Assembly (NCBI GenBank): GCA_000146045.2
Contig: BK006948.2
Location: 672,001 to 736,000, forward strand
Reading direction: 5' to 3'
Length of the DNA stretch: 64,000 bases
Origin: TPA_inf: Saccharomyces
Taxonomy: Eukaryota
The translations under genes were made by a program, and so were the position numbers. Numbering within the stretch: position 1 is the stretch's first letter; each line of letters begins with the position of its first letter. Shown one piece after another: positions 36,460-46,652 of the stretch. Under the pieces are notes generated by a model. It searched no databases and was not told where the DNA came from. It saw only the letters and a list, made by a program, of their open reading frames with translations.

Positions 36460-37732
36460 CGCTTAAGTATTGTGATGAAACGGTTGATTCATTAATGTGA
36501 TCATTGTTCACCCTTGAGAATTTACTGGATGTAGCAATATTGTGAGCTTTTGCTGCTCTTGGTTTTGAACTATTTGTTCTATGATAATTACGAGTTGTAA
36601 CCTTCGTGTTAGTCGTGTTTGGAGATGTGCGAGAAACATTTTTGTATTCGCTGTGTTGTTTGTATTGGGACGGTTTATTTAGATTCATGATTTTATTTTC
36701 GTCATATATTAATTGAATTTCAGCGAATAATTGGGAAAGTTTCATGTTCGTTTTGGTACGATATTGATTACGTAGGTATTTGAAGTCACCGGATAGACCT
36801 TTAAGTATTAGTTGACAGGCCAATCTGTCGCTAACATTGATATTGTTTTCTTTTAGCCTTTGAATGATCGTGCTGACTGTAATTTCAAATGTATCAGCAG
36901 ATGTACTTCCGTTGTACTCAAGGTTGGCAAGAGCTATCCAATCTTTTAATTCTTGATTGTTAGTTTGCATTTTGGACACACTTTTACAAAGGACTGTAAG
37001 GATGTCAGAATAATTAATTTCTAAAATTTGTTTTACCCATGTTGGCAATAAATGAAATGGGGCAAATGCTTGGAAGGTATTGTATATATACGCATGTTCT
37101 TCATAAGTCATTTGTCTTTTGATTTCACCCTGGTCATTTGGAATAATGTCACCGAGATTAGAGTTCTTCAAAAATCTGATGTAAAATTTAACCCATGTAG
37201 AAAAGTTTTCTTCTGATGTTAAAGTGTGTGGTGGTAAGACATTATTTCTCACCTTTGTCTTAGCTTGAGGTACTTCAGAGTGTTGATCCTGTGAACCGAT
37301 TGGATCAGGTGAGGAAGTACTCAGCGGTGGGATATACTGTGGCAGCGGATAGTGTGGGTCCGGTTGATAATACGCAGGTGACGTTTGATAATGTGAACAC
37401 GTCATCATAGATGGTTGTTGGTAATGTGCCCAGTTAGAAGCCATAGCTTTGTTTGGGGTCATCATGCCGTGCTGTTGGTACTGTCCATTCTGTGGAGGTG
37501 GTACTGAAGCAGGTTGAGGAGAGACATGATGATGGTTCTCTGGAACAGCTGATGTCCCAGGTGTTGTCTCTTGTTGAGAATTAACCTTAGTGGAATCTCT
37601 ATCAAATTCCGGTAAATTGGAAGCTGAAACGGCTAACGGATCTTGATTTGATGGGACTTCCTTAGAAGTAACCGAAGCATAGGCGCTACCATGAAAAGTG
37701 GGTGAATTTTGAGATAATTGTTGGGATTCCAT
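36416..37732 (-). CDS. Ty2 TYA (Gag), 438 aa; the ATG lies inside the 5' LTR
   Basis: The track ORF begins 40 codons upstream (MMIII...). The authentic start is MESQQLSQ, with the ATG at 37732..37730, as in canonical Ty elements. Confidence 0.85.
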
Positions 37733-38024
37733 TTTTAATAAGGCAATAATATTAGGTATGTAGAATGTACTAGAAGTTCTCCTCAAGGATTTAGGAATCC
37801 ATGAAAGGGAATCTGCAATTCTACACAATTCTATAAATATTATTATCATCATTTTATATGTTAATATTCATTGATCCTATTACATTATCAATCCTTGCGT
37901 TTCAGCTTCCACTAATTTAGATGACTATTTCTCATCATTTGCGTCATCTTCTAACACCGTATATGATAATATACTAGTAACGTAAATACTAGTTAGTAGA
38001 TGATAGTTGATTTTTATTCCAACA
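37692..38024 (-). repeat. Ty2 5' LTR (delta), 333 bp
   Basis: The plus strand ends ...gatttttattccaaca (reverse complement of TGTTGGAATAAAAATC). It is followed internally by the PBS. Confidence 0.9.
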
Positions 38025-38029
38025 GTTTT
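38025..38029. repeat. Right copy of the Ty2 target-site duplication (GTTTT)
   Basis: See the left copy. Confidence 0.85.
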
Positions 38030-38190
38030 ATATACCTCTCTTATTTAGTATAAGAAGATCAGTAATTATTTCTTCATTAATACTATTTTTTACCTCTAAT
38101 TATCAACAGATTCACATTCCAAGATGAGAATTTTAAGTTTATGGTCCCTTAATTCTTTGATATCAAAGTCTCTCCTCAGAGAGGCATTGC

Positions 38191-38262
38191 AAGAATTAGC
38201 AGCGCCGTGGCGCAGTGGAAGCGCGCAGGGCTCATAACCCTGATGTCCTCGGATCGAAACCG
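38191..38262 (+). tRNA. Initiator tRNA-Met (anticodon CAT); a Pol III terminator T-run follows at 38264..38270
   Basis: AGCGCCGTGGCGCAGTGGAAGCGCGCAGGGCTCATAACCCTGATGTCCTCGGATCGAAACCGAGCGGCGCTA. It has an A-box (TGGCGCAGTGG), a B-box (GGATCGAAACC) and the anticodon loop CTCATAA. The sequence matches yeast tRNAi-Met, with the A1:U72 feature of initiators. Confidence 0.9.
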
Positions 38263-38445
38263 AGCGGCGCTAATTTTTTTACCTTTGATCCTTTATTTTT
38301 CTTAATTTCCTTGTCAGTCTGACTATTATTGTTAATACATAGAATGAAATGTTATTTATAAAAAAAAAAGTTTTGGAGAAAAGTAGGATGATAGGATTTG
38401 AAGGTAGACTATGACCTTTGTGTTAACTTGGACAATCGTTTTATC

Positions 38446-39576
38446 ATGACATCCGATCCTGTTAATACGAATATAAGTAGCCCCACTTTAACGGACAGAA
38501 ATGCAGACGAATCATGGGAGCTCTTGAAAAGAGAGTTTAACACATTATTTAGCAACCTGAAAACTGACAGTAAAGAAGAAGGTAATTTCACAGACAACAA
38601 AGGAGTAATCGCCAAGAAACCAATTGTTCTGCAGGATAATGATGATTCGGATTTTACGCAGAATCAGGGAAAAGTTGCTACTGCAACCAGTACAACTAGT
38701 GACAGAAGCTTTAAGCGAACACTTGGTTCTATTGAAATGAAAAAACGTTATGTTAAGAAAAATTGCCAAGCAAAATTTGTTTTTAACACGCTTGAAGGTA
38801 AAGAAGTTTGTTCGAAAATACTACAACATACCCTAGGCCTATTAAGTTTATTGCTATTGACGAGAAAGATACGACTACTAAATTTTTCCTCAAAACTGCG
38901 ATTGGTGATTCAACAATTGAGTTTATTTCGGTACTATTTGAGATTCGGAAACTTTGCGATCAATTTATATAAAATTATCAAAAGATTTCGCTGGTTGAGA
39001 GAAATGAAAAAACTACATTATAAAGATCAATCAATTTTATTTTATTTTAAAAATTTCCGGTTTTTCGACATTATTGAAGCTTTTTATAATTTGACAGATG
39101 AGTTGATACTGTTCCATAAGCTACAATCAATGTTTGGTAAAAAGAACACATCACATGCAAATACTAATAGACTAATGACATTCGTCAAAGAACAGCACTA
39201 TATCTTATGGGAAGTTTTAAATATTCTTGCTATCAATAAAAACATTGAACAATGGCGACAGCTAATAAGAGATGAAATTTATTTAAGTATCTATAATACC
39301 AGTGGTAATGCAATAAAGGAATACGAGTTAAAGTACAAACTACCTACCAATGACAAAGTCAATTTGGAGTTACGGAAAAATAATATTACATTGGATTTTT
39401 ATAAGATAATACTAAACTTATTGTCTAATCTAATTAATATTAAAGGTAAAAGGGACAAATATAACTCAGAGCTAGCTTACGAAATAATTTCAGTAGGTTC
39501 CGGTGTTACTGAACTCCTTAAGCTATGGAACCGAGCCAAAGTCACTTCGGCTAATGAACATACAAGCGCTGTTTGA
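38446..39576 (+). CDS. PEX27: PEX27, peroxin of the Pex11-family (Pex25/Pex27 branch), 376 aa
   Basis: Track ORF starts with TTG at 38398. The first ATG, at 38446 (MTSDPVNTNISSPTLTDRNADESWELLKREF...), gives 376 aa. Confidence 0.8.
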   Translation: MTSDPVNTNISSPTLTDRNADESWELLKREFNTLFSNLKTDSKEEGNFTDNKGVIAKKPIVLQDNDDSDFTQNQGKVATATSTTSDRSFKRTLGSIEMKKRYVKKNCQAKFVFNTLEGKEVCSKILQHTLGLLSLLLLTRKIRLLNFSSKLRLVIQQLSLFRYYLRFGNFAINLYKIIKRFRWLREMKKLHYKDQSILFYFKNFRFFDIIEAFYNLTDELILFHKLQSMFGKKNTSHANTNRLMTFVKEQHYILWEVLNILAINKNIEQWRQLIRDEIYLSIYNTSGNAIKEYELKYKLPTNDKVNLELRKNNITLDFYKIILNLLSNLINIKGKRDKYNSELAYEIISVGSGVTELLKLWNRAKVTSANEHTSAV

Positions 39577-39682
39577 CAACAGATGACCAAGTTCGTTGCA
39601 TCCCTCTTTATTTCGTTTTTTTAGTTTGATATTATAGTACTTGTATATATACATTTTTTCTTCTTTACGTCTAAAGATTTAG

Positions 39683-40543
39683 TTATACCCACTCCGCTTC
39701 CACTTGAGCTTTTTGGAATGTGTAGTCATTTCTATTGATGGTCACCACACCATCTTTCAGACTACATTTCCATCTCGCCTTTGTTCTTGTGACTTTATCA
39801 TATAAGCACAGCATTAAGTTCTCATCTGGCCCATCCTCTTCACCCTCCGAAATTAGATAGTCATCGTCGGAATCATCTAGTTCTGAACCGACCTCATCCG
39901 TATCTAATAATGCACTTCTTTTTTCCTTCTTCGCTTGTAATTTTACTTGTTCTATCTGCTCCTTTTCCTTGCGGGTTTTTTCCACGTCCTCCTCCTTTTC
40001 CTCGTCGTCTTTCTTCTCACTTTCATCATCTATGTTTTCGACGGTAGTTATATTGGCATTATTAATAGTAAGTTCTATTTCCGGTTTTACTTCAATTTTA
40101 GGCTGGCTAGTTACGTCCGCATTTGTATTACCACTAGTATTTGTGTTCAAGGTAGCACCTGAATTATTAGTTGCTTCTACCGTATTCGTATTAATATTGG
40201 TCTCTCCAGAGTGCGGTATGTTGTTGTTGGAATTGATATTTGGCAAAATTAGACCTTCATTACCGGTATTCTCCTCCTTAATATTGAACTCGCTAGAATT
40301 TACGCCGGGGGTAGCAAGATTGAAATTTAAGTCGTTCTGTACACCATTGATATTTCCTTCATTGAACTGATTGTCCCATGAAAAAGTAGTTACCTTCGTC
40401 TCTGTGAGCTTTTTTTGCCAAATATTTTTTAGGTCTTGTAAAGTTTGTTCATCGATACCCGCATTTTCAAAGTCCTCTCTTACTTCATTTACCACAGACT
40501 CTACGATAATCTCGTACACTCTGCTGGCCTCTGCATTCGACAT
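39683..40543 (-). CDS. TOA1: TOA1, TFIIA large subunit, 286 aa
   Basis: Track ORF starts with TTG. The first ATG, at 40543, gives MSNAEASRVYEIIVESVVNEVREDFENAGIDEQTLQDLKNIWQKKL..., with an acidic central region and a conserved C-terminal beta-barrel segment ...DGVVTINRNDYTFQKAQVEAEWV. Confidence 0.9.
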   Translation of the reverse strand: MSNAEASRVYEIIVESVVNEVREDFENAGIDEQTLQDLKNIWQKKLTETKVTTFSWDNQFNEGNINGVQNDLNFNLATPGVNSSEFNIKEENTGNEGLILPNINSNNNIPHSGETNINTNTVEATNNSGATLNTNTSGNTNADVTSQPKIEVKPEIELTINNANITTVENIDDESEKKDDEEKEEDVEKTRKEKEQIEQVKLQAKKEKRSALLDTDEVGSELDDSDDDYLISEGEEDGPDENLMLCLYDKVTRTKARWKCSLKDGVVTINRNDYTFQKAQVEAEWV

Positions 40544-40865
40544 GATATCCAACGATGTCCCTTGTGTATGGCCTTGATTTGTGTGATACTATCGCTTTTC
40601 TTCTTTGAGCTTGCCCCCGATAATATGCCGTATGGCTTTATCCACCTTGTTATTTGGCTTCTTCATCTTTTCTTCAACTGTCTCACATCATACTTGACGA
40701 AGCTTTTTTTCGCGTTAATTTATATTCTTTATTTATTTATTTATAATTCAGAGTGTACGATGAGTTCCTCTTTAATGGTTCATTTGAAGGACACTAACTA
40801 AAAAGAGCATCATTGGTGTCAAGGGGCACCCAGTTAAAAAAGGTTTTGAGCACATATCGTAATTC

Positions 40866-43331
40866 ATGAACGAAGTTCCTACCACTCCAGTTAGGCTTAT
40901 TTTAGGGCAAGCTCAGCAACGCGAGCAGAATTCAGAAAACTGTTCGCAAGAACGTAACCCACGCACGTTTAATTCCGAACCGGATTCCAGCTTTAACTCT
41001 CCTGGTTCCTCCCAGTTCGTGATACATCCTCATGAACCGCTCGAGAAGGAGAAAGATGAGAAGCAGGATTTAGACCGCTCGATTGATTACGGTAGGTCAT
41101 CAGCTCTTAACAACAAGAATAATGCCAATCCATTAGAGAATATAGACATAAATAAAATGTTTGATGACAAAAAATCAGATTCAGGTACCAATGATGATAA
41201 AGGAGGCGCAAGTACTAGTGATAAGCATGTCCTTGCATTGAATTATTCACCGATCAGAGTTGAAATGAACTCCTCAGAGAAACGAAGCGACAAAAACGTG
41301 GACGTAGATGAAAATGATAAAGAAGGTAGCCATATTAATAAAAAATTGAAATTGCAGTTAGAATCAGTACCTGATTTGAAACAAAGCTCTACTAAAGATA
41401 TCATTAATGACAAAGAAGAAATTATGTCGTCTCCAATGGCGATTGATATGATTGAGACCAACATAAGCCCAAATAAATTCATAATAAACGACGGAGTTGA
41501 AAGAAACGATAGTTTCAATATCAATACCGACACACTTAAATTAGAAAATGATATAAATGAGAAACAACAAGAGGAAGACTTCATAAAATCTAACAGTAAC
41601 AATGTGGTTAATATTGACAATGCTTATAAGGAAAAGGAGGACGAAGAAAATGATATAACAAATTCTCATATAAACAGGCTTACTCCTTTGTATGAGACTT
41701 CTGCAAGGGAGTCGAACTCAAATGAAGAGGGGAGGAATGACTACGATGATGACAACCAACTTGATATTAGACATGACAATTTTCAGATTGTAGCAAAAAG
41801 AAACGAGGAGCTCACTGATCAGATATATCACTTAAATCAAATGTTAAACTCTTTGATTTCCAAAAATGAATCATTGTCTTTTCAATACGAGAAATTGAAC
41901 AAAAATCACCAACTACTAATAGATTTGACAAATGAAAAGTTAGATAAACTAAATACAGAAAGAGAGAGCGATATTGCCAAGGTGGAAAAATTCAAAAAGA
42001 GGATTAAGGAGTTGAATACAGAAATTAAGGTATTGAATTCCAACCAAAAAATATTACAAGAAAAATTCGATGCCTCAATTACTGAAGTAAATCATATAAA
42101 GGGCGAACATGAAAATACTGTCAACACTTTGCAGCAAAATGAGAAAATTTTAAATGATAAAAATGTAGAACTGGAAAATATGAAAGCAGAATTGAAAGGC
42201 AATAATGATAAATTATCCGAATATGAGACCACGTTAAATGACTTGAATTCTCGCATTGTGCAACTGAATGATAAGATTGAAAGCACAGATATTGTTTTGA
42301 AATCTAAAGAGAACGAACTAGATAATTTAAAATTGAGTTTGAAGGAAACTTTATCGATTTCTAAGGACTTCAACGACTCTGACCTTATAGGACAAATTAA
42401 TGAGCTAATATCTACAAAAAACAACTTGCAACAAAAAATGGATGATTTGAATAACCTGAACGACGATAATTTGAAGGTAGTACAGGATAAATTAATTAAA
42501 AATGAGGAGACGCTAAAACTAAAAGAAGCTGAAATTGATTCATTGAATAGTGAAATGGACGAGCTAAAAAAACAGATCACTTCAAAAGATGATGAATTTA
42601 AGATGTGGCAAAGTAAATACGAAACTGTCGAAGACGAAGCTAAGATACGCAATGCCGAAGTTACAGAGTTGAACGGAGATATTGAAGATCTAAAGGAATC
42701 AAAATTGCATTTGGAAGAAACAATTACGGAACTAGAAAACAAAGTTCATAAACTAGAAAATGAGTGTGAACTGGAGAAACAAAAATTCGAAAAAACTTCG
42801 CTAGAATTAGAAAGCTTACAACTAAAAAATAGTAACATTCAGGCTGAGCACATCAAAGAATTGGAAAATCTTCATGAAAACCTTATTTCTCTTCAAAATG
42901 AATTGAAGATTTCATCCGACAGGATAACAACATTAACAAAAGAAAATGAAGTATTAATGGAACAAAATAATAATAACAATAATAGCGTTACTTTAAGCAA
43001 TGATCAAAAGGATAGAGATGATGAAAAAATTAAATCATTAGGAAAACAAGTACAAGATTGGAAAGAAAAGTATGAGGCCAAAGAAAAAGATACAAATAAA
43101 AGGCTAAAGTTATTAGCAGAAGATTTGTATATCCAGTATTCATCCAAACACGAACAAAAGGTCAAACTGTTGAAAAAAGGCTATGAAAACAAGTACCAAA
43201 ATAAGTTTGATCAATTAAATTTAGAAAATAAAACTCTGTCAGAAGAAATCGAGCAATTGAACAAGCAGCTGTCTTCAGAAAGAGAAGAAAAGCAGGAGTT
43301 ACTCAAGTTGTTAGAAAATGAAAAAAAATAA
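40866..43331 (+). CDS. SLK19: SLK19, kinetochore/spindle-midzone coiled-coil protein, 821 aa
   Basis: ATG at 40866. The C-terminal two-thirds is heptad-rich coiled coil (many L/E/K/N repeats). Confidence 0.9.
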   Translation: MNEVPTTPVRLILGQAQQREQNSENCSQERNPRTFNSEPDSSFNSPGSSQFVIHPHEPLEKEKDEKQDLDRSIDYGRSSALNNKNNANPLENIDINKMFDDKKSDSGTNDDKGGASTSDKHVLALNYSPIRVEMNSSEKRSDKNVDVDENDKEGSHINKKLKLQLESVPDLKQSSTKDIINDKEEIMSSPMAIDMIETNISPNKFIINDGVERNDSFNINTDTLKLENDINEKQQEEDFIKSNSNNVVNIDNAYKEKEDEENDITNSHINRLTPLYETSARESNSNEEGRNDYDDDNQLDIRHDNFQIVAKRNEELTDQIYHLNQMLNSLISKNESLSFQYEKLNKNHQLLIDLTNEKLDKLNTERESDIAKVEKFKKRIKELNTEIKVLNSNQKILQEKFDASITEVNHIKGEHENTVNTLQQNEKILNDKNVELENMKAELKGNNDKLSEYETTLNDLNSRIVQLNDKIESTDIVLKSKENELDNLKLSLKETLSISKDFNDSDLIGQINELISTKNNLQQKMDDLNNLNDDNLKVVQDKLIKNEETLKLKEAEIDSLNSEMDELKKQITSKDDEFKMWQSKYETVEDEAKIRNAEVTELNGDIEDLKESKLHLEETITELENKVHKLENECELEKQKFEKTSLELESLQLKNSNIQAEHIKELENLHENLISLQNELKISSDRITTLTKENEVLMEQNNNNNNSVTLSNDQKDRDDEKIKSLGKQVQDWKEKYEAKEKDTNKRLKLLAEDLYIQYSSKHEQKVKLLKKGYENKYQNKFDQLNLENKTLSEEIEQLNKQLSSEREEKQELLKLLENEKK

Positions 43332-43592
43332 ACGCATTTTTTTCTTTTGCATTTTATCTTTTCCCTTAATATGTCATGAGAATAAAATATTAAGGATATA
43401 CCGTAAATATACAAATTCGTATCGAATATTTGATATTGTTTCCTAACTTTTCTGTGTTAAAAATAAATATGCAAAAACATACTAACCATAAAAATAAATA
43501 AAATACAAGATATAAATAAATAATCCAGCAAGCAAAGACATTGCGGTCCATGCCATAATTGTTTTCTTCCAACTATTAGATTTCAGTGTGCA

Positions 43593-44837
43593 TTATTTCA
43601 TGTTTCTTTTCTTCAAAACGTTCTCAATAAATGCTTCACCAGCCTTATATGACGATCTTACTAGGGGTCCAGATGCACAATACAAGAATCCCATCTCTAA
43701 AGCTCTCTCTTTCCAGTAGTCAAACTTTTCGGGTTTCACATATTCTACGACTTTCATATGTCTCTTGGTTGGCCTCATATATTGACCAAATGTAACAACA
43801 TCACATTGAATATTGCGCAAATCCTTCAAAGTTTGAGTAATTTGCTCATCAGTTTCTCCTAGACCCAGCATTATTGATGTTTTAGTAATCAGTGACGGAA
43901 CCGTAGCTTTTGCCCTTTCTAAAACACTCAAAGACTGTCTATAAGTAGCTCTTCTGTCTCTGACATGTGGTGTTAGTGATTCAACTGTTTCCAAATTATG
44001 TGCGTAAACATCAAGCCCACATTGTGCCATAATGTCCACCATCTTCAAATCACCTCTGAAATCACCAGAAAGAGTCTCTACAAGAGTATTTGGTGCCTTC
44101 TGTTTGATTTTGCGAACCGTCTCGGCCAGGTGATTAGCACCACCATCGACTAAATCGTCCCTATCAACGGTAGTTAAAACAACATAACCCAACCCCCATC
44201 TTTTGATAGCTTCGGCAGTATTTTCGGGCTCCATTGGGTCCGGCTTACTAGGCGTTCTATTGGTCTTCACAGAACAAAACCTACATCCACGAGTGCAAGT
44301 ATCACCAAGCAGCATAATTGTTGCCGTTGCCTTAGATTTATCTTTGCCTCCCCAACATTCACCAATATTGGGACATCTTGCCTCCTCACAAACAGTACTC
44401 AGGCCTAATTCTTTTACGTCGCCTTTCAATTTATGGTAATTGGTACCCTTAGGAATAGGAACCTTAAGCCAACGAGGTAGTTTTTTAGCTTCCTCTGTAT
44501 TTTGCCTTGCCTTCTCCAGAGGGTCCAAGATCATTTTCGAAGCTTTACCTGAAACAAAATCTGCAAAAGATGGACCCAAATTAAGAGCATCTTTGAACTC
44601 TGTAATTCTTTTTCTGTTCCCCTTGCGTCTTTTTCCCGAAGTCCCTGTTAACTGACTGGTTGCATTTTCAACCTCAGTTGAATTTCCAACTGGTACCCTA
44701 ACGCTAGCGTTATCTGAATCAGTATTCAATGCATTGGATCTTATTGGCCGAGTTGCGCTCGTTCCACACCTAATAGTGGACGAAATCCATCTTGTATTTC
44801 TCCCAACAAATAGTACTCCAACAGATCGTCTATACAT
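43593..44837 (-). CDS. LIP5: LIP5, mitochondrial lipoyl synthase (radical SAM), 414 aa
   Basis: ATG at 44837..44835. N-terminal auxiliary cluster [12 protein letters not shown] and radical-SAM motif CTRGCRFC. Confidence 0.95.
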   Translation of the reverse strand: MYRRSVGVLFVGRNTRWISSTIRCGTSATRPIRSNALNTDSDNASVRVPVGNSTEVENATSQLTGTSGKRRKGNRKRITEFKDALNLGPSFADFVSGKASKMILDPLEKARQNTEEAKKLPRWLKVPIPKGTNYHKLKGDVKELGLSTVCEEARCPNIGECWGGKDKSKATATIMLLGDTCTRGCRFCSVKTNRTPSKPDPMEPENTAEAIKRWGLGYVVLTTVDRDDLVDGGANHLAETVRKIKQKAPNTLVETLSGDFRGDLKMVDIMAQCGLDVYAHNLETVESLTPHVRDRRATYRQSLSVLERAKATVPSLITKTSIMLGLGETDEQITQTLKDLRNIQCDVVTFGQYMRPTKRHMKVVEYVKPEKFDYWKERALEMGFLYCASGPLVRSSYKAGEAFIENVLKKRNMK

Positions 44838-44966
44838 TATTGTGGCTTAACAGTTCTCCTTAAAATCCACATAACTGACAAAACTGGATACTTAATGCCC
44901 ATCGAGTCATATACATATATTTGATTACTACAAGTGCTTTTCAAATAACTGCTTCGAGAAAAGCGT

Positions 44967-44974
44967 CCGGGTAA
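44967..44974. promoter_or_regulatory. Reb1 site (CCGGGTAA, the reverse complement of TTACCCGG) in the LIP5-MCA1 divergent promoter
   Basis: Exact Reb1 consensus between the two divergent ATGs. Confidence 0.4.
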
Positions 44975-45085
44975 TAACAACTATTGAAAAAGCATGGCTT
45001 CGCATTAATAGGAGCCAAAAATATGAAGATGAGCCTCGAAGTTTATCTAAACTACCACCAAAGAAGACCGACTAGATTTACAATC

Positions 45086-46384
45086 ATGTATCCAGGTAGT
45101 GGACGTTACACCTACAACAACGCTGGTGGTAATAATGGCTACCAACGGCCCATGGCTCCTCCACCTAACCAGCAGTATGGACAGCAATATGGTCAGCAAT
45201 ATGAACAGCAGTATGGACAGCAATATGGGCAACAAAATGATCAGCAATTCAGTCAGCAATATGCTCCACCACCAGGTCCTCCCCCTATGGCTTATAACAG
45301 GCCTGTGTATCCCCCCCCTCAATTCCAGCAGGAACAGGCAAAGGCACAATTAAGCAACGGCTACAACAATCCTAATGTAAACGCATCCAATATGTACGGT
45401 CCACCCCAGAATATGTCATTACCTCCACCTCAAACACAAACTATTCAAGGTACAGACCAACCTTATCAGTATTCTCAATGTACTGGGCGTAGAAAGGCTT
45501 TGATTATCGGTATAAACTACATAGGTTCAAAAAATCAACTGCGTGGTTGTATCAATGATGCTCATAACATCTTCAACTTTTTGACTAATGGGTACGGTTA
45601 CAGTTCAGATGACATTGTCATATTAACTGATGATCAGAACGATTTGGTCAGGGTTCCCACTAGGGCTAATATGATTAGGGCCATGCAATGGTTGGTCAAG
45701 GATGCGCAACCCAATGATTCTTTGTTCCTTCATTATTCTGGACATGGTGGCCAAACTGAAGATTTGGATGGGGACGAAGAAGATGGGATGGATGATGTTA
45801 TATATCCGGTCGATTTCGAAACTCAAGGGCCAATTATCGACGATGAAATGCACGATATAATGGTGAAGCCCTTACAACAAGGTGTTAGACTAACAGCATT
45901 GTTTGACTCTTGTCATTCGGGTACAGTGTTGGATCTTCCATATACCTATTCTACTAAGGGTATTATTAAGGAGCCCAATATTTGGAAGGATGTTGGCCAA
46001 GATGGCCTGCAAGCAGCTATTTCATATGCCACAGGAAACAGGGCTGCTTTGATTGGTTCTTTAGGTTCTATATTCAAGACCGTTAAGGGAGGTATGGGCA
46101 ATAATGTGGATAGAGAACGCGTGAGACAGATCAAATTCTCAGCAGCAGATGTTGTTATGTTATCAGGTTCGAAGGATAATCAAACTTCTGCAGATGCTGT
46201 CGAAGATGGGCAAAATACAGGTGCAATGTCCCACGCCTTCATCAAGGTTATGACTTTACAACCACAGCAATCATATTTATCTCTTTTACAGAACATGAGG
46301 AAAGAATTGGCTGGTAAGTATTCTCAAAAACCACAATTATCATCGTCACACCCTATTGACGTAAATCTGCAATTTATTATGTAG
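45086..46384 (+). CDS. MCA1: MCA1/YCA1, type I metacaspase, 432 aa from the ATG at 45086, with a Q/N/P-rich N-terminal domain
   Basis: Track ORF starts with TTG at 44984. From the first ATG the protein reads [22 protein letters not shown]...(QQYG)n repeats. The caspase fold has the catalytic dyad context HYSGHGG and DSCHSG. Confidence 0.9.
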   Translation: MYPGSGRYTYNNAGGNNGYQRPMAPPPNQQYGQQYGQQYEQQYGQQYGQQNDQQFSQQYAPPPGPPPMAYNRPVYPPPQFQQEQAKAQLSNGYNNPNVNASNMYGPPQNMSLPPPQTQTIQGTDQPYQYSQCTGRRKALIIGINYIGSKNQLRGCINDAHNIFNFLTNGYGYSSDDIVILTDDQNDLVRVPTRANMIRAMQWLVKDAQPNDSLFLHYSGHGGQTEDLDGDEEDGMDDVIYPVDFETQGPIIDDEMHDIMVKPLQQGVRLTALFDSCHSGTVLDLPYTYSTKGIIKEPNIWKDVGQDGLQAAISYATGNRAALIGSLGSIFKTVKGGMGNNVDRERVRQIKFSAADVVMLSGSKDNQTSADAVEDGQNTGAMSHAFIKVMTLQPQQSYLSLLQNMRKELAGKYSQKPQLSSSHPIDVNLQFIM

Positions 46385-46652
46385 AAATATATGAATGTGT
46401 ACGTTGGTAGATGTATTCAGACTGGTGTAGTATGTGATTCAATTTTTATTTTTTTAGAAAGCAGAAACAATCTAAGCTATTAATACTATATACATATAGG
46501 CAAAGATATATAGGGAATAGGCATTTTGGAAAATAAGACCATGTGTTTTTTTAACGTAGTGAATACTAAGTACAGAAAAAAACATCACCTCAACCAAAGA
46601 AAAATTAAGTAATGAAGAAAGATCAGGAGAAAAATTTTTTTCTACTTCAGGT

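Larger units (their letters stand above)
32064..38024 (-). mobile_element. Full-length Ty2 LTR retrotransposon, 5961 bp, minus orientation, apparently intact
   Basis: 333-bp LTRs at 32064..32396 and 37692..38024 end in TGTTGG...TTTTCA. A PBS (TGGTAGCGCC, 37682..37691) and a PPT (GGGTGGTA, 32397..32404) are present. TYA and TYB are uninterrupted. The Gag sequence ([13 protein letters not shown]...[15 protein letters not shown]) is Ty2-type rather than Ty1-type. Confidence 0.95.

Noticed and set aside
38191-38262. Idea that Ty2 targeted this site because its primer tRNA gene is adjacent
   Set aside because: Ty1/Ty2 integration upstream of tRNA genes is directed by Pol III-associated factors for all tRNA species, so primer identity is coincidental. 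It is reported only as an observation.
42092-42742. 216-aa S/F/L-rich antisense ORF inside SLK19
   Set aside because: It is the reverse complement of K/E/N-rich coiled-coil codons and a low-complexity artefact.
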